From an uncultured Eubacteriales bacterium (GTDB lineage Bacteria > Bacillota > Clostridia > UBA1381 > UMGS1253): a stretch of 64,000 nt of DNA. Positions 45,067 through 54,865 of the stretch are shown piece by piece. Within the stretch, counting starts at the first letter, position 1, and each line of letters opens with the position of its first letter. Below the pieces are notes generated by a model. That model worked only from the letters and a program-made list of their open reading frames with translations, searched no databases and had not been told where the DNA came from. The stretch lies in the NCBI GenBank assembly GCA_902492065.1, contig CABUKE010000003.1:1942-65941 (forward strand). The letters are read 5' to 3'. The position numbers and the translations under genes were made by a program.

Positions 45067-45741
45067 TCACTTAGATATAAATTCTTTTCCTTCACAGAGC
45101 AGCGCCGTCCTGTGACACTGCACAAAAACCACGTCAAAGCCTTCGATATACTTATCCATCGCTTCCACCACAAGCTCCGGCTTCACGTTGTATTCGTTGC
45201 CCGCCGGCACAGCCATCGAAAGAGTCAAAAACCGCCCCTCTGTCGCCATGACCGCAAGCTTTTTTATATCTTTCTTGATATCAACGTCTTTGACGCTGCT
45301 TTTGCTCTTTTTTGAAACAATAATCGAATCGCGCGATAAAAATGCGCCAATGTCCGGCACAAACGGTGCTTTTAACTCCACCTCAACGCGGTAATGTGCC
45401 TCATCAAGCTTTTTCAGACTAATGTCGCCCTCACCGACACGCTTGACCGCCGTTACAACAATCCCGCCGCCGAACGCCTCGTTGAACCGCTCCAAAACCA
45501 CTTGTTCTTCTACCATTTCATCAAAATCTATATCAATATATTCGTCCTCACTCGTCGTCCCAACCGAAATCGGCATTGCCACCATCATGACCGGATGCGG
45601 ATTAAATCCCTCCGTATATGTCACAGGCAACCCGCTCCGGCGGACGGTACGGTTAAGCACACGCACAAAGTCCAGGTGAGAGATATAGCGCACTGCCGCT
45701 GTCTTTTCATAGCGCAGGCGGTATGTGTAGTTACCTTTCAA
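45067..45741 (-). CDS. TIGR03936 (DUF2344) radical SAM-associated protein
   Basis: RYISHLDFVRVLNRTVRRSGLPVTYTEGFNPHP hallmark. Probable TTG start at 45741 (RBS GGAGGGGGG 7 nt upstream); the track's ATG is at 45771. Either start overlaps the 3' end of the upstream radical SAM gene. Confidence 0.78.
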   Translation of the reverse strand: MKGNYTYRLRYEKTAAVRYISHLDFVRVLNRTVRRSGLPVTYTEGFNPHPVMMVAMPISVGTTSEDEYIDIDFDEMVEEQVVLERFNEAFGGGIVVTAVKRVGEGDISLKKLDEAHYRVEVELKAPFVPDIGAFLSRDSIIVSKKSKSSVKDVDIKKDIKKLAVMATEGRFLTLSMAVPAGNEYNVKPELVVEAMDKYIEGFDVVFVQCHRTALLCEGKEFISK

Positions 45742-47572
45742 CGCATATCCCCCCTCCAAAGCATTCCGCACCGCAATGCAGACATTGCTCGCGGCAATTT
45801 GGAGTCAGCTTCTCCTCATAGGCAAGGCGCGCCTCTTTCTCCAAAAACTTCTTCCCAACGCCCACGTCGATGTGCTCCCACGGCAGGATTTCGTCAAAGC
45901 CGCGCTTACGCTGATTGTAAAACTTCGGGTCAACGCCGCAGTCGTCGAACGCTTTCATCCACATTTCAAAGTTAAAGTATTCGTTCCACCCATCAAACTT
46001 ACAGCCGTTTTTGTGCGCCGCCAACAGAACCTTCGACAGCTTCCGGTCGCCGCGCGCAAACACGCCCTCTAAAAAGCTGACCTCCGCGTCATGCCAGCTG
46101 AACTTGATCTGCCGCGACTTCATACTGCCGCGTACAAGCCGCTGCTTTTCGTAAATGGTTTCAATGTCGTCCTGCGCCTCCCATTGAAACGGCGTAAACG
46201 GCTTTGGCACAAACGTCGACGCGCTCACGCTCACGCGCGGCATTCCGCGCCGCTCCTCCTTCGGAATTGCATAATAAGCGCCCAGCACCTTATGCGCCAA
46301 ATCGCCGATTCCGGCCAAATCCTGCTCCGTTTCCGTTGGCAAGCCAATCATAAAGTAAAGCTTTACATTCGTCCAGCCGCCCTTAAAAATCATGGACGCG
46401 GAATCAATGATGTTCTGCTCTGTAATCCCTTTTTTAATTACGTCGCGCAGACGCTGGCTCCCCGCCTCGGGTGCAAAGGTAATACCGCTTTTGCGAACGG
46501 TCTGCACTTTTTCCATCAAATCGAGTGAAAAATTATCAATCCGCAGCGACGGCAGCGACAGGTTGACCTTCTTTTCCTTCGCCTCCTCCAGCAACCCTTT
46601 CGTCAGGGCCGCAAGCTGGCTATAGTCGCTTGTGCTGAGCGAACAAAGCGAGATTTCCTCATACCCCGTCGCCGCAACTAATTTTTTCGCTAACTCGACA
46701 AGCTCATCCGCATTCTTCTCCCGCACCGGACGGTAGACATACCCCGCCTGACAAAAACGGCACCCGCGCACGCAGCCGCGGAAAATCTCCAGCGTCACAC
46801 GGTCATGTACCGTTTCCCCATATGGTACAACAAGCGTTTCCGGGAAATACGACTTCGTAAAGTCGCGGACAATGCGCTTGCGGATTTTCTTTTTCGCGCA
46901 CGGGCGCACCGGCCCGAATGCGTGAATCGTGCCGTCGTCGTTATATTCCACATCATAAAATGCGGGGACATATATCCCCTCAATTTCGCATATAGCTTCC
47001 AAATAAGCCTCACGCGGCGCGCCGCTCTGTTTCCACACGCGGTACGCGTCCATCAGCTCGCCCATGACCTCCTCGCCCTCGCCCATGATAAAGAAATCTA
47101 TGATTTCCGCCAAAGGCTCCGGGTTATACGCGCACGCGCCGCCAGCGCACACAAACGGCATACCCGCGCCGCGTTCCGCACTCGTGAGCGGGATGCCTGC
47201 CAGGTCAAGCATATTGATTACATTCGAATAACTCAACTCATACATCAGCGTGAAGCCGACTATATCAAAGTCACACACATCCGTCTTTGTTTCAAGTGAG
47301 AACAGCTTCATGCCATGCTCGCGCATTTTCTCCTCCATGTCTGGCCATGGCGCAAACACGCGCTCGCAGTAGGTGTCCGCGCGCTCGTTGAGCAGGTGGT
47401 AGAGGATTTTCATCCCGAGGTGCGACATGCCGACCTCGTAATTGTCCGGGAAGCAGAAGGCGAACCGGATGTCCACGTCCGCCGGATTCTTTTTTACCAT
47501 CCCGAGCTCGCCGCCCGTATACTGCACCGGCTTTTTCACCGACATCAGGATTTTATCAATTGGATTTATCAT
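45731..47572 (-). CDS. TIGR03960-type B12-binding-domain radical SAM protein (function unknown)
   Basis: 613 aa counted from ATG 47572 (MINPIDKILMSVKKPVQYTGGE). Radical SAM cluster motif CVRGCRFCQAG. Confidence 0.85.
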   Translation of the reverse strand: MINPIDKILMSVKKPVQYTGGELGMVKKNPADVDIRFAFCFPDNYEVGMSHLGMKILYHLLNERADTYCERVFAPWPDMEEKMREHGMKLFSLETKTDVCDFDIVGFTLMYELSYSNVINMLDLAGIPLTSAERGAGMPFVCAGGACAYNPEPLAEIIDFFIMGEGEEVMGELMDAYRVWKQSGAPREAYLEAICEIEGIYVPAFYDVEYNDDGTIHAFGPVRPCAKKKIRKRIVRDFTKSYFPETLVVPYGETVHDRVTLEIFRGCVRGCRFCQAGYVYRPVREKNADELVELAKKLVAATGYEEISLCSLSTSDYSQLAALTKGLLEEAKEKKVNLSLPSLRIDNFSLDLMEKVQTVRKSGITFAPEAGSQRLRDVIKKGITEQNIIDSASMIFKGGWTNVKLYFMIGLPTETEQDLAGIGDLAHKVLGAYYAIPKEERRGMPRVSVSASTFVPKPFTPFQWEAQDDIETIYEKQRLVRGSMKSRQIKFSWHDAEVSFLEGVFARGDRKLSKVLLAAHKNGCKFDGWNEYFNFEMWMKAFDDCGVDPKFYNQRKRGFDEILPWEHIDVGVGKKFLEKEARLAYEEKLTPNCREQCLHCGAECFGGGICVER

Positions 47573-47685
47573 CAAATAACCGCTTTCTATTTGTCGTTCT
47601 CTGTCGTAAAACGTGGGTATATGGAAACATACCAAATTTAGTATACCATGTTCTTTACAAAAACGCAACAAATTTTACACGCTGT

Positions 47686-48117
47686 TTACATTTTTGGTGC
47701 ATTTTCATATCCTTTCAGCGCAGACCGTATCTGCGCCGCTGTATCTGAAGCATTGTATTCCAAAACATCGTCGCGGTACGCCCAATGAAAGCCGTCGCCT
47801 ACATAGCGCGGAAAGACATGCATGTGATAGTGGCCAATGTCATTGAATACGCCGCCGTCCTGCATGATACTGTACCCATCCGGGTGAAAAATTTCTTTGA
47901 TCGCTCCGGCAATTCTTGCAGACAGCCGCATAATGGCGCAGGCGGTAGACTCCGGCAGTTCATCAGCATCCAGATAGTGCTTGACCGGCACAACCAAAAC
48001 GTGCCCAACATTGATTGGGTCGTGGTCTAAAAAGCAAACGACCTTTTCATCCTCGTAAATAATCTGTGCCGGAGCCATATGATTGGCAATCTGGCAAAAA
48101 ACACAGTCTCTTTCCAT
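47686..48117 (-). CDS. HIT (histidine triad) family protein
   Basis: 143 aa with the HIT motif HYHMHVFPR and N-terminal CVFCQI. Confidence 0.9.
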   Translation of the reverse strand: MERDCVFCQIANHMAPAQIIYEDEKVVCFLDHDPINVGHVLVVPVKHYLDADELPESTACAIMRLSARIAGAIKEIFHPDGYSIMQDGGVFNDIGHYHMHVFPRYVGDGFHWAYRDDVLEYNASDTAAQIRSALKGYENAPKM

Positions 48118-48127
48118 AAACTCCTCC

Positions 48128-49297
48128 TTACCGTGTCTGCTCCAAAAGCGGCTCCACGTCCGTCACTGCCGCACTCACGCGCCCCGTCACCGTCGCCGTA
48201 TACATCACCACGGTATCGCCGAGTGCAAACTGCGGATGCGGGTCAATATGATAGCCGCACGGTTCCTCGCGCGTATAGAGGGCAGGGTTTTCCGTCACGA
48301 TATTGGCGTACTTTTTCGTTTCTGTATTGTAGAAATGTACCCGCGACTTGCAGCCTCGATACCACTTTTTCCCGTCAATCTCGTTTTCATCCGCAACAAA
48401 ATACCGCTCGTCGTCCGTGCAATGTGCGTGCCATGTACCGCGCGGATCAACCACCTCTCGCGCGCCCGTTTCCGTATCAATGCGAATCGCGCCATAGTCC
48501 CAGTCGACGTAATAGATACTCCTGCCGTCCGCGCTCCACCACTCGTGGCGCGCCTCGGTGTAAAGCGGCGGCCAGTACACAGGTGCTTCACCCTTTTTCA
48601 TCGTCCACAGCCGCGCTAACTTGCCGTTTTCATCAGTCGTAATGTCGTGAAATGTGCCGTCCTGCTTTTCCGCCCACATATCCTCGGCAAACAGCATCCA
48701 GTCCGGAACAGCGGGGTTAAGCTGCGCATGGTTGCGCGCATAGTCGAACTCCTGCCACACGGTATACTGCCCACCCACAAGGTCAATGTCGCCCATGACC
48801 CAATGGTTGCCCACTTCCGCGTCAAAGCACGCCTTTTTCTTATTCGGCGAAAACGTCATATGCGTCGCAATGCGGGACAGCGTCCCCTTCCCGCGCAGAA
48901 ACGGCGGAAGCGGCGCGACGCGCTGCGTCTTGTCCTCTTTGTGCGGCCCGCGTTTATATACGCCGCTTTTGTTGCACCAGTACGCTGTACCGTCATCGAG
49001 GTCAATCAGCGGCGACGCGTCTAAAAACTCTGTTTCCGGAAAATGCGTAAACGTATCCTTCTCCAAGTCGACCACCGCAAGCGAGCGGCCGTAATTCGCG
49101 TCGCCCGCAGGCGGGAACGCGCAGTACACCCATAGATAGCGGCCGTCGTTCGTGATTGAGCGATTGGTGAAATAAAACGACTGCGTATGCGGAACGATAT
49201 CGCTCGTCAAAATATAGCTCACAACGCCGCTTGCCGGGTCTATCCACTTTGTAAAATGCTTCGACTGTGCCACCCGTTCCATAAACTTTGACATCAT
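48128..49297 (-). CDS. Cytoplasmic beta-propeller protein resembling PL22 oligogalacturonate lyase
   Basis: 389 aa counted from ATG 49297 (RBS gggggaag). Resemblances to Ogl as I remember it: N-terminal FTKWIDPASGVVSYILTS...SFYFTNRSITNDGRYLWV, RHEWWSADG (compare THEFW..DG), and GYHIDPHPQF (compare ITHPHPSF). No signal peptide. Confidence 0.5.
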   Translation of the reverse strand: MMSKFMERVAQSKHFTKWIDPASGVVSYILTSDIVPHTQSFYFTNRSITNDGRYLWVYCAFPPAGDANYGRSLAVVDLEKDTFTHFPETEFLDASPLIDLDDGTAYWCNKSGVYKRGPHKEDKTQRVAPLPPFLRGKGTLSRIATHMTFSPNKKKACFDAEVGNHWVMGDIDLVGGQYTVWQEFDYARNHAQLNPAVPDWMLFAEDMWAEKQDGTFHDITTDENGKLARLWTMKKGEAPVYWPPLYTEARHEWWSADGRSIYYVDWDYGAIRIDTETGAREVVDPRGTWHAHCTDDERYFVADENEIDGKKWYRGCKSRVHFYNTETKKYANIVTENPALYTREEPCGYHIDPHPQFALGDTVVMYTATVTGRVSAAVTDVEPLLEQTR

Positions 49298-49308
49298 CTT
49301 CCCCCGCT

Positions 49309-50904
49309 TTACTGATGTTTCTCTATTACCGCGCACGCTACGCGAATCCCGTCGAGCGCCGCGCTCATGATACCGCCCGCATAACCCGCGCCCTCCCCGC
49401 ACGGATATACGCCCGCGATACTGCTCTCGTATGTTTCACCGCGGTAAAACCGCACCGGCGACGATGAACGCGTTTCCACACCGGTCAATACTGCATCATA
49501 ATTATCAAAGCCGGCGAGCCGCCGCCCAAACTGGAGAACGCCCTCCTTCAGCCCCGCGCATACAAAATCAGGCAGGCAGGCGCGCAGATCGGCAAACGCT
49601 GTCCCGGGCCGGTAGGTCGGCGCTACTTCGCCGAAGTTTGCCGCAACCTTGTCCTCCAAAAACGCGCCAACGAGGTTAACCGGGGCCTGATAATTTCCGC
49701 CGCCCGCGACAAATGCCGCCCGTTCCCATTTACGCTGGAACTCCACGCCTGCAAGCGGATGCTCACTTTTAAAATCGCCGGGCCGCACGTCGCACAAAAG
49801 CGCGGCGTTTGCATTGGCCCCGTCGCGCGCGTGGTCGCTCATCCCGTTTGTCACGACCATTCCTGACTCGGACGCCGCCGCAACGACGCGCCCGCCCGGA
49901 CACATGCAGAACGTATACACGCCCCGCCCGTCGGCAAGCCGGTGCGACAACTTATAATCCGCCGCGCCGAGCGCCGCATTGCCTGCAAACTTACCGTACT
50001 GCGCGCGGTCGATCTGCTTTTGCAGATGTTCAATCCGCACGCCCATGGAGAACGGCTTCTGCGACATTTGCAGGCCGATGCCGTGCAGCATAGCAAACGT
50101 GTCACGCGCGCTGTGCCCGATGGCCAAAACCAGCGTATCGCACAGCAGCTCCTCTACGCCCTCCGGCGTTTCGCACCGCAGAACAGTAAGTGCGCCGTCT
50201 TTTTTCTCTATCCCGCATAGCTTTGTATGGAACCGGATTTCTCCGCCCAGCTCCACAATCGCCGCACGCATATTTTTCACAACGCGGCGCAATACGTCCG
50301 TCCCGATGTGCGGCTTCGCCATATATAGAATATCCTCCGGCGCGCCGAAACGCACAAACTCAGACAGGATAAACGACAAGCGCGCATCGCTTACGCCGCA
50401 GGTCAGCTTTCCGTCCGAAAACGTACCCGCGCCGCCTTCGCCGAACTGGACGTTGTTTTCCATATCAAGTATACCGCCGCTAAAAAAGCCCTCGACCGCC
50501 GCCGTCCGGCTGTCCACATCGCCGCCGCGCTCAAGCACAATTGGCGCAAAGCCCGCGCGCGCCAGCAGGAGTGCGCAAAACATCCCTGCCGGGCCAAAAC
50601 CGCAGACGATAGGACGGTTTTGCGGCCTTCTCTGCGCCGTTTGGACTGTAAACTCTATCGGATGTACCACGCGGACGCGCGCCTTATCCGCACACGGCGG
50701 TATTCTGTCGCCGTCCGTCAGTGTGACGTCCACGCTGTAGACAAAGTGTACATCGTGCTTTTTGCGCGCGTCGACCGACTTTTTTGCAATCGTCAACGCC
50801 ACAATCCGCTCCGGCGGCACATGCAGCGTCTTTGCCGCGGCCATGCGTAAATATTCTGTTGTATCCTCGTCCAGTCCGGCCCGGATTCCGCTTATCCGCA
50901 GCAT
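49309..50904 (-). CDS. FAD-dependent protein of the COG2509 type (uncharacterised NAD(FAD)-utilising dehydrogenase)
   Basis: 531 aa. Dinucleotide-binding motif IVCGFGPAGMFCALLLARAG and a typical N-terminal domain of about 80 aa (ALTIAKKSVDARKK). Confidence 0.78.
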   Translation of the reverse strand: MLRISGIRAGLDEDTTEYLRMAAAKTLHVPPERIVALTIAKKSVDARKKHDVHFVYSVDVTLTDGDRIPPCADKARVRVVHPIEFTVQTAQRRPQNRPIVCGFGPAGMFCALLLARAGFAPIVLERGGDVDSRTAAVEGFFSGGILDMENNVQFGEGGAGTFSDGKLTCGVSDARLSFILSEFVRFGAPEDILYMAKPHIGTDVLRRVVKNMRAAIVELGGEIRFHTKLCGIEKKDGALTVLRCETPEGVEELLCDTLVLAIGHSARDTFAMLHGIGLQMSQKPFSMGVRIEHLQKQIDRAQYGKFAGNAALGAADYKLSHRLADGRGVYTFCMCPGGRVVAAASESGMVVTNGMSDHARDGANANAALLCDVRPGDFKSEHPLAGVEFQRKWERAAFVAGGGNYQAPVNLVGAFLEDKVAANFGEVAPTYRPGTAFADLRACLPDFVCAGLKEGVLQFGRRLAGFDNYDAVLTGVETRSSSPVRFYRGETYESSIAGVYPCGEGAGYAGGIMSAALDGIRVACAVIEKHQ

Positions 50905-50916
50905 AACATACCTCCA

Positions 50917-53196
50917 CTACCGTATTTTCTCGACTGTGACAGTGCCCGCGCCGCAGTCAAACCACAGCGCGCCGCCGTTCGCGTCCGCCGCCGCTTCACA
51001 AAGCGTCTGCCCCGCCTGTGTCACGCGGTACACGCCCTCCTCCATGCCGGTCAACAAGATATGAACCGTTTCATAGCCCATATCGGGAACGTCAAAAGTT
51101 GCTTTCTCACACCGCATGGCATTTCTGCCAAACAGGCACAGCGTGTTATACACCGCCGCGCCGAAGTGCGTCTCCGTTTCTACGGTTTCCACCCGCGCTG
51201 CCGCGCCGTTTTCCTCTATATCACCCGCAAGCAGCACCGTCAGCATATAGTCGGTGTTATTGCCAGGCTTCGGGCTGTTTTCAAGCCGCCAAGCCCCTGC
51301 CTCAAGTGCACACGCCGGGTCATAGTCATGGCAGAGCGGATAATTTTCTCCGTTGATTGTAAACTCTTTCCCCTTGCCGCCTATTTTCGTAAGCTCCGCA
51401 TCCTTCGGCAAAAGGAAATGTGCCTGCATGGCGCCGCGGTGTTCCGCATCTGTGTTCTGCACAAACGCAACCTTTCCGCGCATTTCCGGCTCCTCCTGCG
51501 TATGCAGCAAAAACGTCTTTTTGAAATCCGGCGAAGCGGCGGTAACCTTGTCGCCAATGAACAGCACGCCCTTGTGCGCGGCATTTGTAAGCGGCAGAAA
51601 CGCCATGGAGCGCAAAACCTCCTTCGCCTTGTCCGAATACGCTTTCGCGATATCGCCCGCTATGTACGAGTATGCCGGCGTGGCCGCGTTCGGCCCAAAG
51701 GCGTGCGCCAGCACTTTGCCCGTTTCAAACCTCGGCTCGCTCCACTCCTCCATGGTCTGCGGTTCGCCAAGCGTAGGCCGCCGTTGCCCGCCCGCGTTCG
51801 GCCGGTCGGCAAAGTCCTCGTCCGTGTCGTAAATAAGCAGCGTATTATGTGCAATCGTCTCTTTATTATACGCCTTATCGTGCGGCGAATAATAGCTGTC
51901 GTAGCACCCGGACTCCGACGCAAGGATGCCCTTATAATAAAGCTGGAAGTTGCCCGCATCGAGGTGCTGGTGGTTGCCGGCCCACTTCTCGCCTATACGC
52001 ATGTACGCCAGCACACAGTCGCCGTTTAGGTCCTCATCGCCGTATTTATCCGTGTTCGTATCCATCTCCCAGCTTGTCCGCGCAATCATCGCGCCTGCTG
52101 GAGAGGCAAAATATTTTGTTTTCGGTAGCTCCGCAATTGGCCTTCCCCACAAATCGGGGTCATTAAACAGCAGATACTGCACCGGCGTGAGCGTCACATT
52201 GTCATAGGTGAAACGGGCAAAGCCCTCGCTCTCGCGGATGGCCTGCTGCTTTAAATATGGGTCTTTGTAGAAGTTCGCCGCCAGAAACAGGGGTACATAT
52301 TCTTCGTCCCAATACTGGTTTTTATATAGCTTCGCCTCGCCGAAGTCGTCGCCGATACGCAGCAATTGTCCGTCGCTGCGGCGGATATAGAGCCACTCAT
52401 ACGGCACTTTGCCATAATCATCGTCAAACATATGCCCGCCCGACATGCGGTAGATAATCCACTGCGCCCACATATCGAAATTGTAGCGATAGTGTCCGTA
52501 CGCACTGCCCTGATGATGCGTGTGCGACTTGCCCCAACAGTTGCGCGGCGCTACAAACTCGTCAAACAACCGGCCCGCACAGAACTCGTAAATGTCTGGG
52601 CACTCATCATAGACCGCCACACCAAACGAAAGCAAATCGCGCAGAAGCTGCGCCTCGCCCGCATGGCCTGTAACCGCCCCCTGCTCCACCGGCGGATAGC
52701 CAATCTCCATTTTACCAGCCAGGTTCTCGCACAGCCCTATCAGCTCCGCCTTGTCCTCGTCCGTCAGCACGTCGTAACACCAGTCGTAAATCTCGCTCGC
52801 CGTAAAGATTGCCTGTCCCATCGGACGGGAGAAGTCTCCGTAATTGCCATAGCGCGCCGTTTTGATATAGTCCTTGACCGCGTCAATGGCAAGGCGGGCG
52901 TACGTTTCGTCGCCGCAGAGCGCATACTGGAAGGCGAATGCCTCCAGCCGGGAAAGAATGCGGCCTGAAAAATTCCGTGCCAGCTCCGGGTCCGGGTTAA
53001 GGCGTAAATTTGCCGTCTTGTCACAAAGATCTGTAAAAGTCAAATATGCGCACCGGTTCTGCGGCTTATCAAATTCAGTACGAATTTTCTCCAAGTCCGC
53101 CGCGCGAAACAATAAACGCGGGTGCGTTCCCGTTTCCGGCAAAAATGGAGGCGTGTGATAACGCGAAGCGTCAAGCGGTTTCCGGCCTAATTTCAT
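50917..53196 (-). CDS. Cytoplasmic heparinase II/III-like (DUF4962-type) protein, close paralogue of the catalytic core of 9070..13302
   Basis: 759 aa with no signal peptide. THPRLLFRAADLEKIRTEFDKPQN, GYPPVEQGAVTGHAGEAQLLRDLL and NHQHLDAGNFQLYYKGILASESG align by eye with EHPRLLFRKSDIPEILENMDKPQN, GWPPTKQNAVTSHAGEAQLQRDLL and HNHLDAGHFQLYYKGILASDSG of the secreted protein. Confidence 0.8.
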   Translation of the reverse strand: MKLGRKPLDASRYHTPPFLPETGTHPRLLFRAADLEKIRTEFDKPQNRCAYLTFTDLCDKTANLRLNPDPELARNFSGRILSRLEAFAFQYALCGDETYARLAIDAVKDYIKTARYGNYGDFSRPMGQAIFTASEIYDWCYDVLTDEDKAELIGLCENLAGKMEIGYPPVEQGAVTGHAGEAQLLRDLLSFGVAVYDECPDIYEFCAGRLFDEFVAPRNCWGKSHTHHQGSAYGHYRYNFDMWAQWIIYRMSGGHMFDDDYGKVPYEWLYIRRSDGQLLRIGDDFGEAKLYKNQYWDEEYVPLFLAANFYKDPYLKQQAIRESEGFARFTYDNVTLTPVQYLLFNDPDLWGRPIAELPKTKYFASPAGAMIARTSWEMDTNTDKYGDEDLNGDCVLAYMRIGEKWAGNHQHLDAGNFQLYYKGILASESGCYDSYYSPHDKAYNKETIAHNTLLIYDTDEDFADRPNAGGQRRPTLGEPQTMEEWSEPRFETGKVLAHAFGPNAATPAYSYIAGDIAKAYSDKAKEVLRSMAFLPLTNAAHKGVLFIGDKVTAASPDFKKTFLLHTQEEPEMRGKVAFVQNTDAEHRGAMQAHFLLPKDAELTKIGGKGKEFTINGENYPLCHDYDPACALEAGAWRLENSPKPGNNTDYMLTVLLAGDIEENGAAARVETVETETHFGAAVYNTLCLFGRNAMRCEKATFDVPDMGYETVHILLTGMEEGVYRVTQAGQTLCEAAADANGGALWFDCGAGTVTVEKIR

Positions 53197-53230
53197 ATAA
53201 AATCCCCCCTATATTCGCTTAGATTAACTA

Positions 53231-54163
53231 TCAAATAATTGCAGGAATCAATTGATTCAGTGCAACAATCAACGGGATTGTAACAATCGACATCAGCGTA
53301 TTAAGCGCAACAATCTCCGACGCATAGCCGGCGTCGAGGTCATACTTCGCCGCAAACAGGGCCGCCGCCGTCGCACTCGGGCACGCCGCTGGAATCAGGA
53401 CTGCGACAGCGACCGCCGCACCGACGAACGGAAGCTTCAAAAGCAGTATCCCAATCACCGGGACAAGCACGAGCCGCACAAACGACACGAGGTAGAGCCT
53501 CCCGTTTTTGAGCGCGGTCGAAAAGTTCACATCCGCCAAAAACACACCGAGCAGGAGCATCGCAAGCGGCGTGTTCAGCCCTGCCATATAATCCACCGCC
53601 GTATACAGCACGCCCGGCAGACGGATGCGTGCAAAAAACAGTGCAAGACCGATGACAACGCCAATCACACCCGGGTTAATCAGAATTTTTTTAAGTGACA
53701 GGCTCTTTCTGTCCTGTGTATAAAGATAGATACCATGCGTCCAGTTGAGGATATTGAACACAGCAAGGTAGGCCGAACCATAGAACACGCCCTCCGCACC
53801 CAGCACCGCCTCCAGCAGCGGAATTGCCATAAAGCCGCAGTTCGAGTATGCCGCGCAGTATTGGTCAATCTGTCCCCGCGGCGTGCGGCTGCGGCCAAAA
53901 ATCAGCTTTGAAACCAGAATTGACACTACATTAATGACCGTTGCGGCGATAAATGCCGTCAAAAGCCCGCTTGCAAGCTCAAATTCAAAATCCACCTGAT
54001 ACGCTTTGATTACAACGCACGGCGTAACAATAATCAGCAAAATGTCGGAGAGCTGTTTTGAGCCCTCCTTTGTAATCAGTTTACATTTTTTTATGATAAA
54101 GCCAAGCACAATCAGCAAAAACATAATGCAGACCTGCACGGCCACCGTAGCTACTAAATTCAT
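53231..54163 (-). CDS. AEC (auxin efflux carrier) family transporter
   Basis: 310-aa polytopic membrane protein with about 10 TM helices, an AEC-style N-terminus and a central loop. Confidence 0.82.
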   Translation of the reverse strand: MNLVATVAVQVCIMFLLIVLGFIIKKCKLITKEGSKQLSDILLIIVTPCVVIKAYQVDFEFELASGLLTAFIAATVINVVSILVSKLIFGRSRTPRGQIDQYCAAYSNCGFMAIPLLEAVLGAEGVFYGSAYLAVFNILNWTHGIYLYTQDRKSLSLKKILINPGVIGVVIGLALFFARIRLPGVLYTAVDYMAGLNTPLAMLLLGVFLADVNFSTALKNGRLYLVSFVRLVLVPVIGILLLKLPFVGAAVAVAVLIPAACPSATAAALFAAKYDLDAGYASEIVALNTLMSIVTIPLIVALNQLIPAII

Positions 54164-54178
54164 AATCTTGTCCCCAAA

Positions 54179-54847
54179 TCAATTGTTTTGTATTGCTTCT
54201 AGCAGTTCTGCTTCCCCATTCATCAAAACGCGTACAATGTCCACCGCGTCAAACAACGGCTCTTTTACAGCAATACCGCCGCGCGCAAGGTCCTCCGTCT
54301 GATGATAGTCAGAGCCGCTGCTCATCTTTTTCTCATACTTTTCTGCCCACATGCGTGCAATGTCGTTTCTCGAGTCGTGACGCGGATTGCCGTTGTAGAC
54401 CTCAACGCCGTCGAGCAGTCCCGGCGGCATGACCGTCATACGGTTCCGGAACGGATGCGCCTGAAAAATCACCATGCCGTTCTCATGAGCAAGTGCGGAA
54501 AACCGCTCCAGCCCCAGCTCCATCATATTCAGATACTGGCGTATAAAATCTTCCGTCATACCGTATACAAGATAGTCGTTGTTGTTTTCATAGAACGTCA
54601 GCTCCATCCCCAATATTACGGTCAACCGGTTCCCTGCCGCCGCTTTTGCCGCGCGGTAGCCCGCCAAGTAATACTCCGCCATATCCTTCGGTCGGCTGTG
54701 AAACGTATGACGGTTAAAGTGGTCGGTAATGACAATTCCGCTGTAGCCAGCCTTAATATAATTTTCTACCACATCTTTTGCGGCAACCTTTCCGCAAATG
54801 CTGACCTCGCTCGTATGGCAATGCAGTTCATATAAAAACCTACCCAT
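54179..54847 (-). CDS. PHP domain phosphoesterase
   Basis: 222 aa with N-terminal ELHCHTSEVSICG and ITDH motifs of the PHP (polymerase/histidinol phosphatase) fold. Confidence 0.8.
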   Translation of the reverse strand: MGRFLYELHCHTSEVSICGKVAAKDVVENYIKAGYSGIVITDHFNRHTFHSRPKDMAEYYLAGYRAAKAAAGNRLTVILGMELTFYENNNDYLVYGMTEDFIRQYLNMMELGLERFSALAHENGMVIFQAHPFRNRMTVMPPGLLDGVEVYNGNPRHDSRNDIARMWAEKYEKKMSSGSDYHQTEDLARGGIAVKEPLFDAVDIVRVLMNGEAELLEAIQNN

Positions 54848-54865
54848 ACCTTTCCTCCTGTATTC

